DNA from: Candidatus Obscuribacterales bacterium | GTDB lineage: Bacteria > Cyanobacteriota > Vampirovibrionia > Obscuribacterales > Obscuribacteraceae | Direction of reading: 5' to 3' | DNA: 64,000 nt | Assembly (NCBI GenBank): GCA_965228855.1 | Contig: CBDDIJ010000003.1 | Coordinates: 512,001-576,000 of the forward strand | Shown here: positions 39,129 to 48,299 of the stretch, piece after piece | Numbering within the stretch: the first letter of the stretch is position 1 | How the letters are laid out: every line of letters starts with the position of its first letter | Notes under the pieces: generated by a model | What the model was told of the DNA's origin: nothing | What the model saw: the letters and a program-made list of their open reading frames with translations, nothing else | The model's database searches: none | Position numbers and translations under genes: made by a program

Positions 39129-41012
39129 CTAATCCTCATCATCTAATGAAAGCTCACCGGCCCTGGTTATTGCCAGGGCCGTTTTTATGAGTCCAGGCGG
39201 CCCATTTTCGTAAACCAGATAACTTGCTTTCCAAATTGGACTGAACTTGTTCTTATACTGCCGCAATCCCTTGTAAGAGAAAAACCGATTCATGTGTTCG
39301 TAAATCTGATGAATCGCGCGTTCTTCCATACTGGCACCCGGTTGATCGCCAACGCCTGACAAAGCCGCCAGTCCAAGGCTAAATGTTTCAAAGCCATCTT
39401 CTTTTAATGCCGTCAGTAACTTGGTAAACAAATAATCCATTGTTCCATTGGGGACATCTTCGTTATGGCGCATCATGTCGATTGATGCTTCTCCTGGTCC
39501 ATACGAGGGAACCTGATTTACAAATGCAATGACGTCTTTTTGCGGATTCTTCAAGACGAAGAGAATGTCTTTCTCGACTTCTTCTCTGTCAAACCATCCG
39601 AGACTGAAACCGCGTTCGCGTCTTCCAGGCAAAGAGAGCCAGGCATCAGACACGCGTTGAACAGTGTCAACTAATTCTCTGGAATGTGGCGGTGCAAGCC
39701 TCTCTAAGACGTAGCCCTCCTTGTCGAATTTCTTGACCTTCGATTTGAAGTTTTTGCCCTTGCTTGTATCCATTGCGAACTTATTTAAATCAACAATCGC
39801 TTCTTCGCCGACCTTCAACACCTCCAAGCCGAGCTTTTCATAAAGCTCCACGTTATCCGGTTTGACTTGAAGAAACGCCATCGACCAATCGTTATTCTTG
39901 CAGAATGTATGAAACTGTTTTGTTACTCTCTCCAGTTCTTCAGGAGGACCTACCGGATCTCCCAGTCCTATTGCCACATTGAGAACGGTTTTGTAAGCAA
40001 TAAAACTGTTTCCATCTTGCAAAAAAAAGTAAGACTTGTCTGACAAAATTTTGTAGTGATCGAGCGCATCTTTACCATATTGCTTCAGAAGTGAGTGGGC
40101 GCGTTCTCGTTCTCTTGGATGAGTAGATAGTTGGTATTGAATTGGTCTGAACACGCTGTACACAGCAAAAGCTGCAGCCAAGCCGCCGATTATGTGCAGC
40201 GAGTTTATGAACCATCGAGCTGATGCGCTTCGAGCGACAAGGTCTGGGTTGCCGATGAAAAAGAGCTCTCTAAGCGAACGGGATAGCGCTTCGCTCAGTT
40301 GAAAGTTCAAACCGAAGTCATGTTTCTCCAGTAAGAAGAAACCGATCGTGCCGTATGCGATAGCAAGAATCACACTTAGCAGGATCTTGCGTATCCCCGT
40401 TCTTAAGCGATGCGATTCGCTCAAGACCGTGAATTGTTTTTTGTAAATTAACAGAAGCACCACAGTTAGTATCGGAACTAGAAGCGTCAGAAGAGGAATG
40501 CTTTCGCTTACGTCAGGATCTGGGATGAATTTGATCCGCTCCGCACCTATACGAGCAATGTGCAGCAGCGCCGAGCCGGCGGACATTGCGACTGATGCGT
40601 ACCAGGCGTTTCTCTTCCGCTTGAATAGATTAATCGAGAGGTAGATGAGAAACAAACCAAAGGCTACATGCAATGATTTACTGAAGTGGTAGTAATCGGT
40701 AGTGACCAGCACCGAGAATAAGCGTGGGTGCTCAGCAAGACGAGCGGCGAGAGGTTGGATGGCTGCGACTAATCCGCTGATTAGAGTAAAACTGGCTACC
40801 AGGTTGACCGGCCAGCGGCTGGGATAGAAGCGTTTGATGTCCTCTTCCGATAACGCATGACCGGACGCCGGAAGAGGGTTGAAAGCGACATCAGGTGTGT
40901 CATCGCCATCCTGAGCCTCCGAAGCACCAGGTGCTTGCTCAGGGGGGCTGTGAGCGGCTTCTAATTTGTCCGCCGATTCGTCATCGGTTTTATTTTGCGA
41001 GTTCTGATCCAT
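39129..41012 (-). CDS. Phosphatidylglycerol lysyltransferase-domain (MprF/LysX-like) membrane protein
   Basis: About 6 TMs followed by DKSYFF, GDPVG, KVGEEA, ERGFSLG, DMMR, NGTMDYLF, SLGLAAL and GLRQYKNKF motifs. Confidence 0.9.
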   Translation of the reverse strand: MDQNSQNKTDDESADKLEAAHSPPEQAPGASEAQDGDDTPDVAFNPLPASGHALSEEDIKRFYPSRWPVNLVASFTLISGLVAAIQPLAARLAEHPRLFSVLVTTDYYHFSKSLHVAFGLFLIYLSINLFKRKRNAWYASVAMSAGSALLHIARIGAERIKFIPDPDVSESIPLLTLLVPILTVVLLLIYKKQFTVLSESHRLRTGIRKILLSVILAIAYGTIGFFLLEKHDFGLNFQLSEALSRSLRELFFIGNPDLVARSASARWFINSLHIIGGLAAAFAVYSVFRPIQYQLSTHPRERERAHSLLKQYGKDALDHYKILSDKSYFFLQDGNSFIAYKTVLNVAIGLGDPVGPPEELERVTKQFHTFCKNNDWSMAFLQVKPDNVELYEKLGLEVLKVGEEAIVDLNKFAMDTSKGKNFKSKVKKFDKEGYVLERLAPPHSRELVDTVQRVSDAWLSLPGRRERGFSLGWFDREEVEKDILFVLKNPQKDVIAFVNQVPSYGPGEASIDMMRHNEDVPNGTMDYLFTKLLTALKEDGFETFSLGLAALSGVGDQPGASMEERAIHQIYEHMNRFFSYKGLRQYKNKFSPIWKASYLVYENGPPGLIKTALAITRAGELSLDDED

Positions 41013-41042
41013 AATGGCAGTGTAAACAGTTTGGGTGCGCAG

Positions 41043-41822
41043 GTGTTTAGGTTAATCGTTTTAGTAATTGCCCTGACGATATTCATACCCGCTCAGGCGT
41101 TGGCTCAGGCTGATGAGGGCGCTGAGGGACCGCCGGAAGGTGAATTCGGGAACTGGCCTTTTCCCGGCTCTGTTGACGAGCTGCCCGACGGTATGCGACC
41201 GGGGCAAGCTTACACAGGTTTTCCAAATAATTATCGGAAGAATGTGGATTGGATGTCGATTCCGGCATGGTTGGCTGGCGACTGGGCTTCGAAAGACCTG
41301 CGAATCATGAAAACTTACGATCATACCAACGGAACGTTGAAAACTATTCCGTCTTCGACAGTAGCACCCTTTGCGGACCACTTTGGTGACCAAACCGATC
41401 GGCAGGGCACCGTCTGGTCCTGCAACTTTACTCCATTTATTACGAACCTTCCTCTGGAGCAACTTACAGACTCTCAGTTGACTATTGGAATGAAACCGCT
41501 GGAGGTTCGAGAGGATGGTGTAGCTCTCTGGCAGCGCGTCCTGCACGTCTTGCTCACTCCCAACAACTCAATCCACGATTCTTATACGGAAGAGCGGGTA
41601 ACCGAGTTTTCCCCTCAAGGTCCTGCCATGGCGATGGCGCAAATCACCGCGCGCTTCTACAATCCCGCAGGCGATCCGATTTTTACTACGAACTCGATGC
41701 GAATAATGCGGAAGGTGAAACCCTATCAACCTCTTCAGCAGCGCAATGGTATCAATTTACCGATGTCGCTTAGCGAATATTTGCAATCTACTGGGCGTCC
41801 GGAACTTATGTTCGGCAACTGA
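41043..41822 (+). CDS. Secreted hypothetical protein (paralog of 47493-48278)
   Basis: Signal peptide ending ALA-Q; WMSIPAWLAGDW, FGDQTDRQGTVW and GINLPMSLSEYL are shared with the paralog. The start is uncertain (GTG 41043). Confidence 0.75.
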   Translation: MFRLIVLVIALTIFIPAQALAQADEGAEGPPEGEFGNWPFPGSVDELPDGMRPGQAYTGFPNNYRKNVDWMSIPAWLAGDWASKDLRIMKTYDHTNGTLKTIPSSTVAPFADHFGDQTDRQGTVWSCNFTPFITNLPLEQLTDSQLTIGMKPLEVREDGVALWQRVLHVLLTPNNSIHDSYTEERVTEFSPQGPAMAMAQITARFYNPAGDPIFTTNSMRIMRKVKPYQPLQQRNGINLPMSLSEYLQSTGRPELMFGN

Positions 41823-41844
41823 TCTCCACACCAAATGCGGTGCG

Positions 41845-42207
41845 CTAGTTCCGCTTGAAGTTTCCGTAATGCTGAATTAATGCTTTCACTGCATCTTCTG
41901 TTTCCTTGCCCTCGGTCAGCTTTTCCACTTCCGCCTTATCACCGATTATTTCGATGGCTTTCCAGGCTTTTTCTCTAGCCTTGACTATTGGATGTGCCTT
42001 GTAGACAAAAAACAGTGGTGGAATTGCCATCGGGTTTTTCTCTTTAGCAAGCTGCTCAATAGATGTGACTACTGCTTCGTAGTCTTCATGCTTCAGACCA
42101 TTCACGAGTAGTTTGAATGTGAATGAATCAAACTTTGACTTCAGTGATTGCGCCGTTCCTTGAATCAGATCGGTTATCGACTGGAAGCTGCTTTGATAGT
42201 CGCTCAT
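41845..42207 (-). CDS. Small HEAT-like helical hypothetical protein
   Basis: IEQLAKEKNPMAIPPL...AREKAWKAIEII resembles a HEAT motif; GGAG upstream of ATG 42207. Confidence 0.65.
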   Translation of the reverse strand: MSDYQSSFQSITDLIQGTAQSLKSKFDSFTFKLLVNGLKHEDYEAVVTSIEQLAKEKNPMAIPPLFFVYKAHPIVKAREKAWKAIEIIGDKAEVEKLTEGKETEDAVKALIQHYGNFKRN

Positions 42208-42291
42208 TTTTTTGCCGCGCTCCGTGCACACACAATACGGCTATGATACATTGTTTTTGTCTGCGATCCGGATCCGGACGGAGAAGTCCTG

Positions 42292-45144
42292 TTGGGCGAA
42301 ATCAAAATTTCAGGATTCCAGCGTTCATTCGCGCTCGCTATGTCGTTTTTCATAGCAAGCACTGTTGTGTCGCCGAAGCAAGAGTCTAGTTGGAAACTTC
42401 TGGCGCCGGCCATTGCGGCTGAAAGCAAATGGTCTATAGAAAACGTTCTGAAGGCGAAAGACATCGAGATTGATGCGCAAAATAAAGTAGTGGCGGACAT
42501 CTGCACCTCGGCAGTGGACCGTGAATTCGCAGAGATGGAATTGAACCGAGGCGACTATGCGGACGCCGTTAAAACTTCGCAGGCTGTAATCAAGGATTTG
42601 CGTAAATACCTGAAACCGGATGATGTTCGCATTCAGTCTGCACGCTTACTATTGTCGGAGGCTTATTTAAAATCGAAAAACAGAAACGGCTGTTTGAAAC
42701 AGTTGAGATCCGTTCTGTTGCAGCAGCTCGCTGCCGACGAACTCCGCGAATCGAAAATTCGCAGCGGCATGTCCTCGAACGAATTAAAGGAGGATGGCGT
42801 TGAAACGTCCACACAGTTTGAGGAGCGCTATCAGAGACTTAGTCGGGATGCCGTGTTGAGACCCGCATCAGAGGCTCTTCGTCGGGCGGAACAGCTATTT
42901 TGGGAAAACCGACTGGCGGATGCTTTGCGGTTAACGAGAATCGGTTTATCCTTTGATACTGGTACCATATGTGGTGATAGAGCGAAGTTTCTTCAGGCTT
43001 TGATTTACTTTGGGCTGGGCGATCGCGCTGCTCTTGAAAGTGCGCGTCGAAGGCTGGGGGAAGGTTCGTCGATTGCAGCGGCGTCCCGTACCTATATAAA
43101 GGAACCGCAACCTTCTCTCAAAGAGGCGGAGGGTAGAGAAACCTTTGTTGATGGTTTGATTGAGGAACTGGATGGAAATCACTCTGCTGCGTTGAAACAT
43201 TATGAAACCGCCATCGAGGCAATGAAGGAAGCGGAGCCAGGATTGGACGCGTTGATGTTTCGCATCTACAAGGGTAATGCTCTACTGAATAATGGGGAAC
43301 CGGTCGCTGCCTATCGTGATTTGAACCATGTATTCGAAACCGCTCGCCGACTTGTCGAAGGTCGAGAGCAAGGCTTACTTTTGGGGAAATTATCTCAGGT
43401 CGCGCTGATGGAGATGTATCGAACACTTCTTGTCAGAATGACGTATGAAAGTACGCCGTCTAAATCGCACAACACCGACATGCATGACGCGAAGGCTTTG
43501 AGCAATTGTCTTGAACGAAATATGCTCAATGGAAGCGCACGAATAGCCGTTCGTCCTTTCGAAGAAAATTACCAGGAATTCGCCGATGCACTTTATCATG
43601 TCGGATATCAGTTCAAAACCAGCCACCGCCAGGCGCTAGCTCAACGATGCTTCTGGGGTAACGTCTCCGTGATCGAGACGCATGTACCGGAGTATAAACG
43701 CCAGTTGGGCGGCACTTTGTATGACCTGGCCGAATCGTATTTCTGGTCAGAGCAGTATGACATCGCTATCGAAGTATTTCTTCGATGTATCGAAGTTCGA
43801 CGGGAAATCGACCCTGATTCGCTCGATTACATCATGACGTTAAACACCCTCGGACGAGTTTACCTGGCAAAGGGTGATGAGCTTGAGGCGATCGACTGCA
43901 TCAATTCAGCGCTGCACCGACTGCTTCACCACGAGGACCTCCAGTCCACAAGAATATCGAGGATGGTTGCCGATTTGCGGCGGAGTTTTAAACCAGGAGA
44001 GCAAGACGGGCGCCCCGCACCAGACTCAGTGGCATCGGGAGATCGCCACATTGAGCAGATAAGCGCTCTTCCTCTTCCCGAGCAGCTTGACTCGATACGC
44101 AAATCCCGGTCGGCTGCCAACCCCGACACTTACTCGCAAATCGACGACCTGTGGCAAGTGCTGGCTGACTCCTACAGCCGTCATAAAAACTACGACGAGG
44201 CTGTGGAGGTTTCGAAACGCTTACTGGAATTGCGACAGTCGGCAAAAGTAAAATCGCAGTCTGAAATTCTCGGGAGTTTGTGGCAGCTTGCCTACATCTG
44301 TGGAGTATCCAACCGGCACAAGGATGCTGACGAATATTACACACAACTGCTTGAGAAGTTTGGAGACAATAATAATCCTCGCTGGAGAGCATTATGGCTT
44401 TACTCCAGAGGTGTTGTTCTTGATTCGCTTGGACTGCCCGAGCGTGCTGCTAGTGACTTTCGTAAATCAATTGTCGAATACAAAAAATATTTGAAAACCC
44501 TCGACAAGGTAAATGATAAAGAGTCAGTTGATCAAACCGGTTGGATGATCGCTGACCTCGAACAGGAATTGAAAGCCAAGCGGCTCTGCCGGCCTGATGC
44601 TAACGACTACCTGAAAGGCTATGCAACTTGTTATTGGGATAAGAGACGGTTTCCTCTGAAAGTCTATATTGATGATTCTAAAGAGCGTGGTTTCGGACCT
44701 AAGCTTTTTGCGCTTGTCAAAAAGGCTGTTGATGACTGGGCTGAGACGCCCGGGATGGAGGACAAAATTAAATTTGTCGATGACCGAGAAGACGCGGATA
44801 TTTATTTGGAGCGAGTGAGCAATTACGATGCGATCCCGTATGGGTCCGGTGGTGGCGCTTCTGCGAGCTTCGTTTGGCGTGGCAAAAAACTTACGAAGGA
44901 AATCGACAGAGTGCACTTGCGCATGTATTGCGCTGAGCACGATTTGGATAAAATGTCTAAACATGCGGTTTTGCAGCTATACACGCTGGCTCTGCACGAG
45001 TTCGGGCACGGGTTGGGCTTGGGACATTCGCCCTCCGGACTCGACGTCATGTATTGGAAATCTGCTATAGATAGATTATCGAGCCGTGATCGCGCCTCTG
45101 TCCGGGGAATCTATGGTTTTCAAGAGGAAAGGCGCGGCCGATGA
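42292..45144 (+). CDS. TPR-repeat protein with a C-terminal matrixin (M10-like metzincin) protease domain
   Basis: Multiple TPRs; W...RFPLKVYI; HEFGHGLGLGHS zinc motif and DVMY Met-turn. The start is uncertain. Confidence 0.88.
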   Translation: MGEIKISGFQRSFALAMSFFIASTVVSPKQESSWKLLAPAIAAESKWSIENVLKAKDIEIDAQNKVVADICTSAVDREFAEMELNRGDYADAVKTSQAVIKDLRKYLKPDDVRIQSARLLLSEAYLKSKNRNGCLKQLRSVLLQQLAADELRESKIRSGMSSNELKEDGVETSTQFEERYQRLSRDAVLRPASEALRRAEQLFWENRLADALRLTRIGLSFDTGTICGDRAKFLQALIYFGLGDRAALESARRRLGEGSSIAAASRTYIKEPQPSLKEAEGRETFVDGLIEELDGNHSAALKHYETAIEAMKEAEPGLDALMFRIYKGNALLNNGEPVAAYRDLNHVFETARRLVEGREQGLLLGKLSQVALMEMYRTLLVRMTYESTPSKSHNTDMHDAKALSNCLERNMLNGSARIAVRPFEENYQEFADALYHVGYQFKTSHRQALAQRCFWGNVSVIETHVPEYKRQLGGTLYDLAESYFWSEQYDIAIEVFLRCIEVRREIDPDSLDYIMTLNTLGRVYLAKGDELEAIDCINSALHRLLHHEDLQSTRISRMVADLRRSFKPGEQDGRPAPDSVASGDRHIEQISALPLPEQLDSIRKSRSAANPDTYSQIDDLWQVLADSYSRHKNYDEAVEVSKRLLELRQSAKVKSQSEILGSLWQLAYICGVSNRHKDADEYYTQLLEKFGDNNNPRWRALWLYSRGVVLDSLGLPERAASDFRKSIVEYKKYLKTLDKVNDKESVDQTGWMIADLEQELKAKRLCRPDANDYLKGYATCYWDKRRFPLKVYIDDSKERGFGPKLFALVKKAVDDWAETPGMEDKIKFVDDREDADIYLERVSNYDAIPYGSGGGASASFVWRGKKLTKEIDRVHLRMYCAEHDLDKMSKHAVLQLYTLALHEFGHGLGLGHSPSGLDVMYWKSAIDRLSSRDRASVRGIYGFQEERRGR

Positions 45145-45239
45145 GGGTTTCCAAGCGTTTAGCCCGTTTCGAGTCGGGTAAATAGGAAATACGGGAGTGG
45201 AGGGTCCGCTAGGACCTGGTCGAGCGCACAAAGCGCGCC

Positions 45240-45270
45240 GACGATCGTTGCAAACGGTCGTTGTTTTTCT
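45240..45270 (+). terminator. Putative intrinsic terminator or attenuator hairpin
   Basis: GACGATCGTT-GCA-AACGGTCGTT followed by GTTTTTCT. Confidence 0.45.
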
Positions 45271-45291
45271 GCCGACTTTTTTTGGAGGAGC

Positions 45292-46590
45292 GTGATGATG
45301 AGCCGGTTTCGTAAGCCGTTGACCTGGGTTGTAGCTCAGTCAATACTTGCACTATCGCTGCCGCTGGCAGCACTGGCAGCTCCATCTGAGGACATGACCT
45401 CTAATGGATTTGAATTGCCGATTAACGATGTCCTTCTGGTCGATGAGACGAGAACCGCATCAGCCGAAGCTTCAACTTCAACCTTCGCGTCGCCGCTGGC
45501 GTCGCCTTCGACGCCTGTTGAAACATTGCCGCAAGCGGCACCACAGGCAGTGACACCTATTAATAATACAGATGAACCGGAAATGGTTGGCGCTCTTGAA
45601 TCAGCCAAGGCCCGCGCTATTGCTCAAAAGGTAGACAGCGAGCCGGGAGCGGTTCTCGAAATCGAAGATATCGTATCGAAGAATGAATTGTCACCTCCTC
45701 TCATGGGCGGTGTCGAATCGAATAACGTTGATCAGGAAGTTATCGTTATCGACAATGATGAGTTTCAACTCGCCGGAACTGATGAAGTCTGGCAGGAACT
45801 CAAAGACGAGCCTGGCATGACAAAAATCAGCGCCGGCGCTCAATTCCCTGTGGTAGTTGTCTCTTCACTGAACAGCAAACATAATCAAATTGGCGACCCG
45901 CTCGAAGCTCGTTTGAAAACCGACATCAAAATCGGCGGAAAACTGATTGCGAAGAAGGGCGACAGAGTTGTTGGCCACGTGTCCAGCTGTAGCAAAGCTA
46001 GAAAGATGCTTCACGCCGAAATGTCGACGAAGCGTTGGATGAGAGCGAATGGCGCTATCGGTCTGCAGTTCGATGAGATTGTAACCGAGAGCGGCGAGCA
46101 TCTTCCGCTCGTAGCTAAGCCGGCTAAGCGCGCCAGAATTGTGAAAAACATCAACGAGGGTCGTGTCCTCGGCGTCAACGACAATGGGGAAGTAGCCAGC
46201 CCGCTATCGACTCAGCTTAAACACCAGGCTGCTCACCTCGCTATCCGTGCGGCTGCATCTGCCGGTGGAGCGTTCAGCTTCGGTATCGTGCCTGCTGCTT
46301 ATGGTATCGTCGGTGCTATCAACCCGTCGTTTGCATTCCTGCATCCGGTCGGTAAAAATGTGCCGCACAGAAGACTCAAAGGGTTTGCGATGGGTGTCGT
46401 CTCCGGTCTTCCGGGTGGCTTCCTGATCGCTGACTCAATAATCAGAGGAGTCGACGCTGAAATCAAACCGGGCGATGAATTCCTCGCTCAGTTCCATCAA
46501 GACTTTACCGGCGAAGCCTCCACATCGGCTAGCATCATTCCGGGCGCGTCCCAGAAAGTACACGGCGAAGTCGTGAATCCGAAAAAATAA
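45292..46590 (+). CDS. Secreted protein with a TrbI/VirB10-like beta domain and hydrophobic C-terminal helices
   Basis: GGAGGAG SD; signal peptide; ISAGAQFPVVVVSSLNSK...GDPLEARLKTDI...IAKKGDRVVGHV...GLQFDEI...AEIKPGDEF pattern. Confidence 0.7.
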   Translation: MMMSRFRKPLTWVVAQSILALSLPLAALAAPSEDMTSNGFELPINDVLLVDETRTASAEASTSTFASPLASPSTPVETLPQAAPQAVTPINNTDEPEMVGALESAKARAIAQKVDSEPGAVLEIEDIVSKNELSPPLMGGVESNNVDQEVIVIDNDEFQLAGTDEVWQELKDEPGMTKISAGAQFPVVVVSSLNSKHNQIGDPLEARLKTDIKIGGKLIAKKGDRVVGHVSSCSKARKMLHAEMSTKRWMRANGAIGLQFDEIVTESGEHLPLVAKPAKRARIVKNINEGRVLGVNDNGEVASPLSTQLKHQAAHLAIRAAASAGGAFSFGIVPAAYGIVGAINPSFAFLHPVGKNVPHRRLKGFAMGVVSGLPGGFLIADSIIRGVDAEIKPGDEFLAQFHQDFTGEASTSASIIPGASQKVHGEVVNPKK

Positions 46591-46627
46591 TAACCTTCGG
46601 AAACCTCAACAGATTTGTGTTTGTTTG

Positions 46628-46654
46628 AAGCCCCTTCTCCGGAAGGGGCTTTTG
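46628..46654 (+). terminator. Rho-independent terminator
   Basis: AAGCCCCTTC-TCCG-GAAGGGGCTT-TT, a 10-bp stem 37 nt after the stop codon. Confidence 0.8.
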
Positions 46655-46767
46655 ACCTTTCCGCCCTAAATGCTGCTAATTTCGTTACGCTTGCGGTTGG
46701 CTAGAATAGCTGAAGTTATGAGAGGACGCGCCTGAATAGGGCGTCCAAGAGTCACGGGAGCTATTCC

Positions 46768-47448
46768 ATGAGTTTGAAAGAAGACGGGCACGAGGCGGCG
46801 AACCATCCAAATCCGATTGACCGAAACCGTTCGATTGTTTGGGCCCGCTACCATGTTGATAGCAGCGAATGGGCACTTCTATCAGCCAAAGTGACTAGGC
46901 ATGACGGGCGCATCTCGCTGGCGACCATCGCCCTTGTAGACAACCACGGACGCGAGCTCCTCGAGGAGATGATCAAAGCATCGGATGTGGTGCCAAGCGA
47001 GGAGATTGCGCAACATGGTGTCGACCAGTCCGTAGTTTTTAACGCAAAAAGCTTTGAAGATGTTATGCGCAAGCTCGTGGACCGCATCGGCGAGAGAACG
47101 CTTGTAGCCTGGGATATGAAGGTCGTACAGGGAATCATGGATGAACTATGCGCGATGAACAATATGCCGCAGGTAGAGTGGCGGGGCGAAAGTGCGTGCA
47201 AAGAGCTCGCTCGCTTTACAGGTGAGACTCAAGACGTGAAGCTGGGCTACAACCCGCAGCCTCTCAAACTGGTTGGTATCAGTGCGGCAGACGAGTGCAA
47301 ATCTGTTTTGAAAGTCATCAATGAGATAGCGGCAAGCAGCCAGGCTTCTGATTCTTTAGTCGATGGCAAACCTGGCTGGACAGCTGAATTCTATCGACCG
47401 AAGGTCGGTGCTAAGGAGAAGCTCAAAGGTTTGTTCGGATTGCACTGA
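46768..47448 (+). CDS. DnaQ-like 3'-5' exonuclease-fold protein lacking the catalytic acidic residues
   Basis: IALVDNHGRELLEEMIK...IAQHGVD...AKSFEDV...LVAWD...SAADEC follows the DEDDh fold pattern; ExoI DxE is replaced by LSAK. Confidence 0.6.
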   Translation: MSLKEDGHEAANHPNPIDRNRSIVWARYHVDSSEWALLSAKVTRHDGRISLATIALVDNHGRELLEEMIKASDVVPSEEIAQHGVDQSVVFNAKSFEDVMRKLVDRIGERTLVAWDMKVVQGIMDELCAMNNMPQVEWRGESACKELARFTGETQDVKLGYNPQPLKLVGISAADECKSVLKVINEIAASSQASDSLVDGKPGWTAEFYRPKVGAKEKLKGLFGLH

Positions 47449-47492
47449 AAATCTGTTTTGGAAAACAAAATACGGTGCCATTGCGAAACAAA

Positions 47493-48278
47493 CTAATTTT
47501 GAGAGGCTTCCTGCGTACTGGGAAGGCGGTCGAACATTTTGTTCTCGGTTAGAAACTCGTTTAACGAACTAACTAGATTGACTCCGTTTAGCTCCGCCAC
47601 TGGTTGGAATTCGGACAGTTTCGTGCGTTCAGCATTTGAGAACGATTGGAGTATGGGCTTTCCGTTTTCATCAAACGTCTTAGTGCTACTGGTGGTGGCA
47701 ATTAATCCTTCATTGTCCGGGCGAAACGTTACGATTTCCTCTTGCTGAGTGGTTGTCTGAATCTTGCTGTAAACCGGATCGAGGCGGAAGACATTGCTGT
47801 GAAATCGCAGTACGACCGAACCCGGATTGGACTGCAAACAGCTCATATCCATTACATAACGCCTGTCAGTGCTATCGCCTCTGTTTCCATCCGCTCGGAA
47901 AGGCAGAATTTCAGCGTGCCAAATTGTTCCTTTCACATCGCGCTGATGACCAAATGCAAGTCGAACTTTGTTGTTCAACCACATTGGATTGCGCATCTCC
48001 TGACCTGTGCGAAAGTCTTTGACATAGGTTTCCATATCGCCATTCTTCATCCACGCTCCAGCCAGCCAATCAGGAACTGGAAACCACGCAACCCGGGTAG
48101 TGTTACTGGGGGCGGCGAAGGTCGCGCCGGCACGAAAATTTTGAGAAACCGGAGGAAGGTATTCTTTGTGTTCGACGCTTCCCTGGATGACGTACGCGTT
48201 GAGCGGCGATGCGCTGAGTAAACCGATTGCGGCGGCCGCTACAAGCAGTTTCAAGCCGTGAGGTGCTTTGATCTTCAT
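47493..48278 (-). CDS. Secreted hypothetical protein (paralog of 41043-41822)
   Basis: Signal peptide; WFPVPDWLAGAW, FGHQRDVKGTIW and GVNLVSSLNEFL. Confidence 0.75.
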   Translation of the reverse strand: MKIKAPHGLKLLVAAAAIGLLSASPLNAYVIQGSVEHKEYLPPVSQNFRAGATFAAPSNTTRVAWFPVPDWLAGAWMKNGDMETYVKDFRTGQEMRNPMWLNNKVRLAFGHQRDVKGTIWHAEILPFRADGNRGDSTDRRYVMDMSCLQSNPGSVVLRFHSNVFRLDPVYSKIQTTTQQEEIVTFRPDNEGLIATTSSTKTFDENGKPILQSFSNAERTKLSEFQPVAELNGVNLVSSLNEFLTENKMFDRLPSTQEASQN

Positions 48279-48299
48279 ACTTCTGTGTCCACCTTGCAT

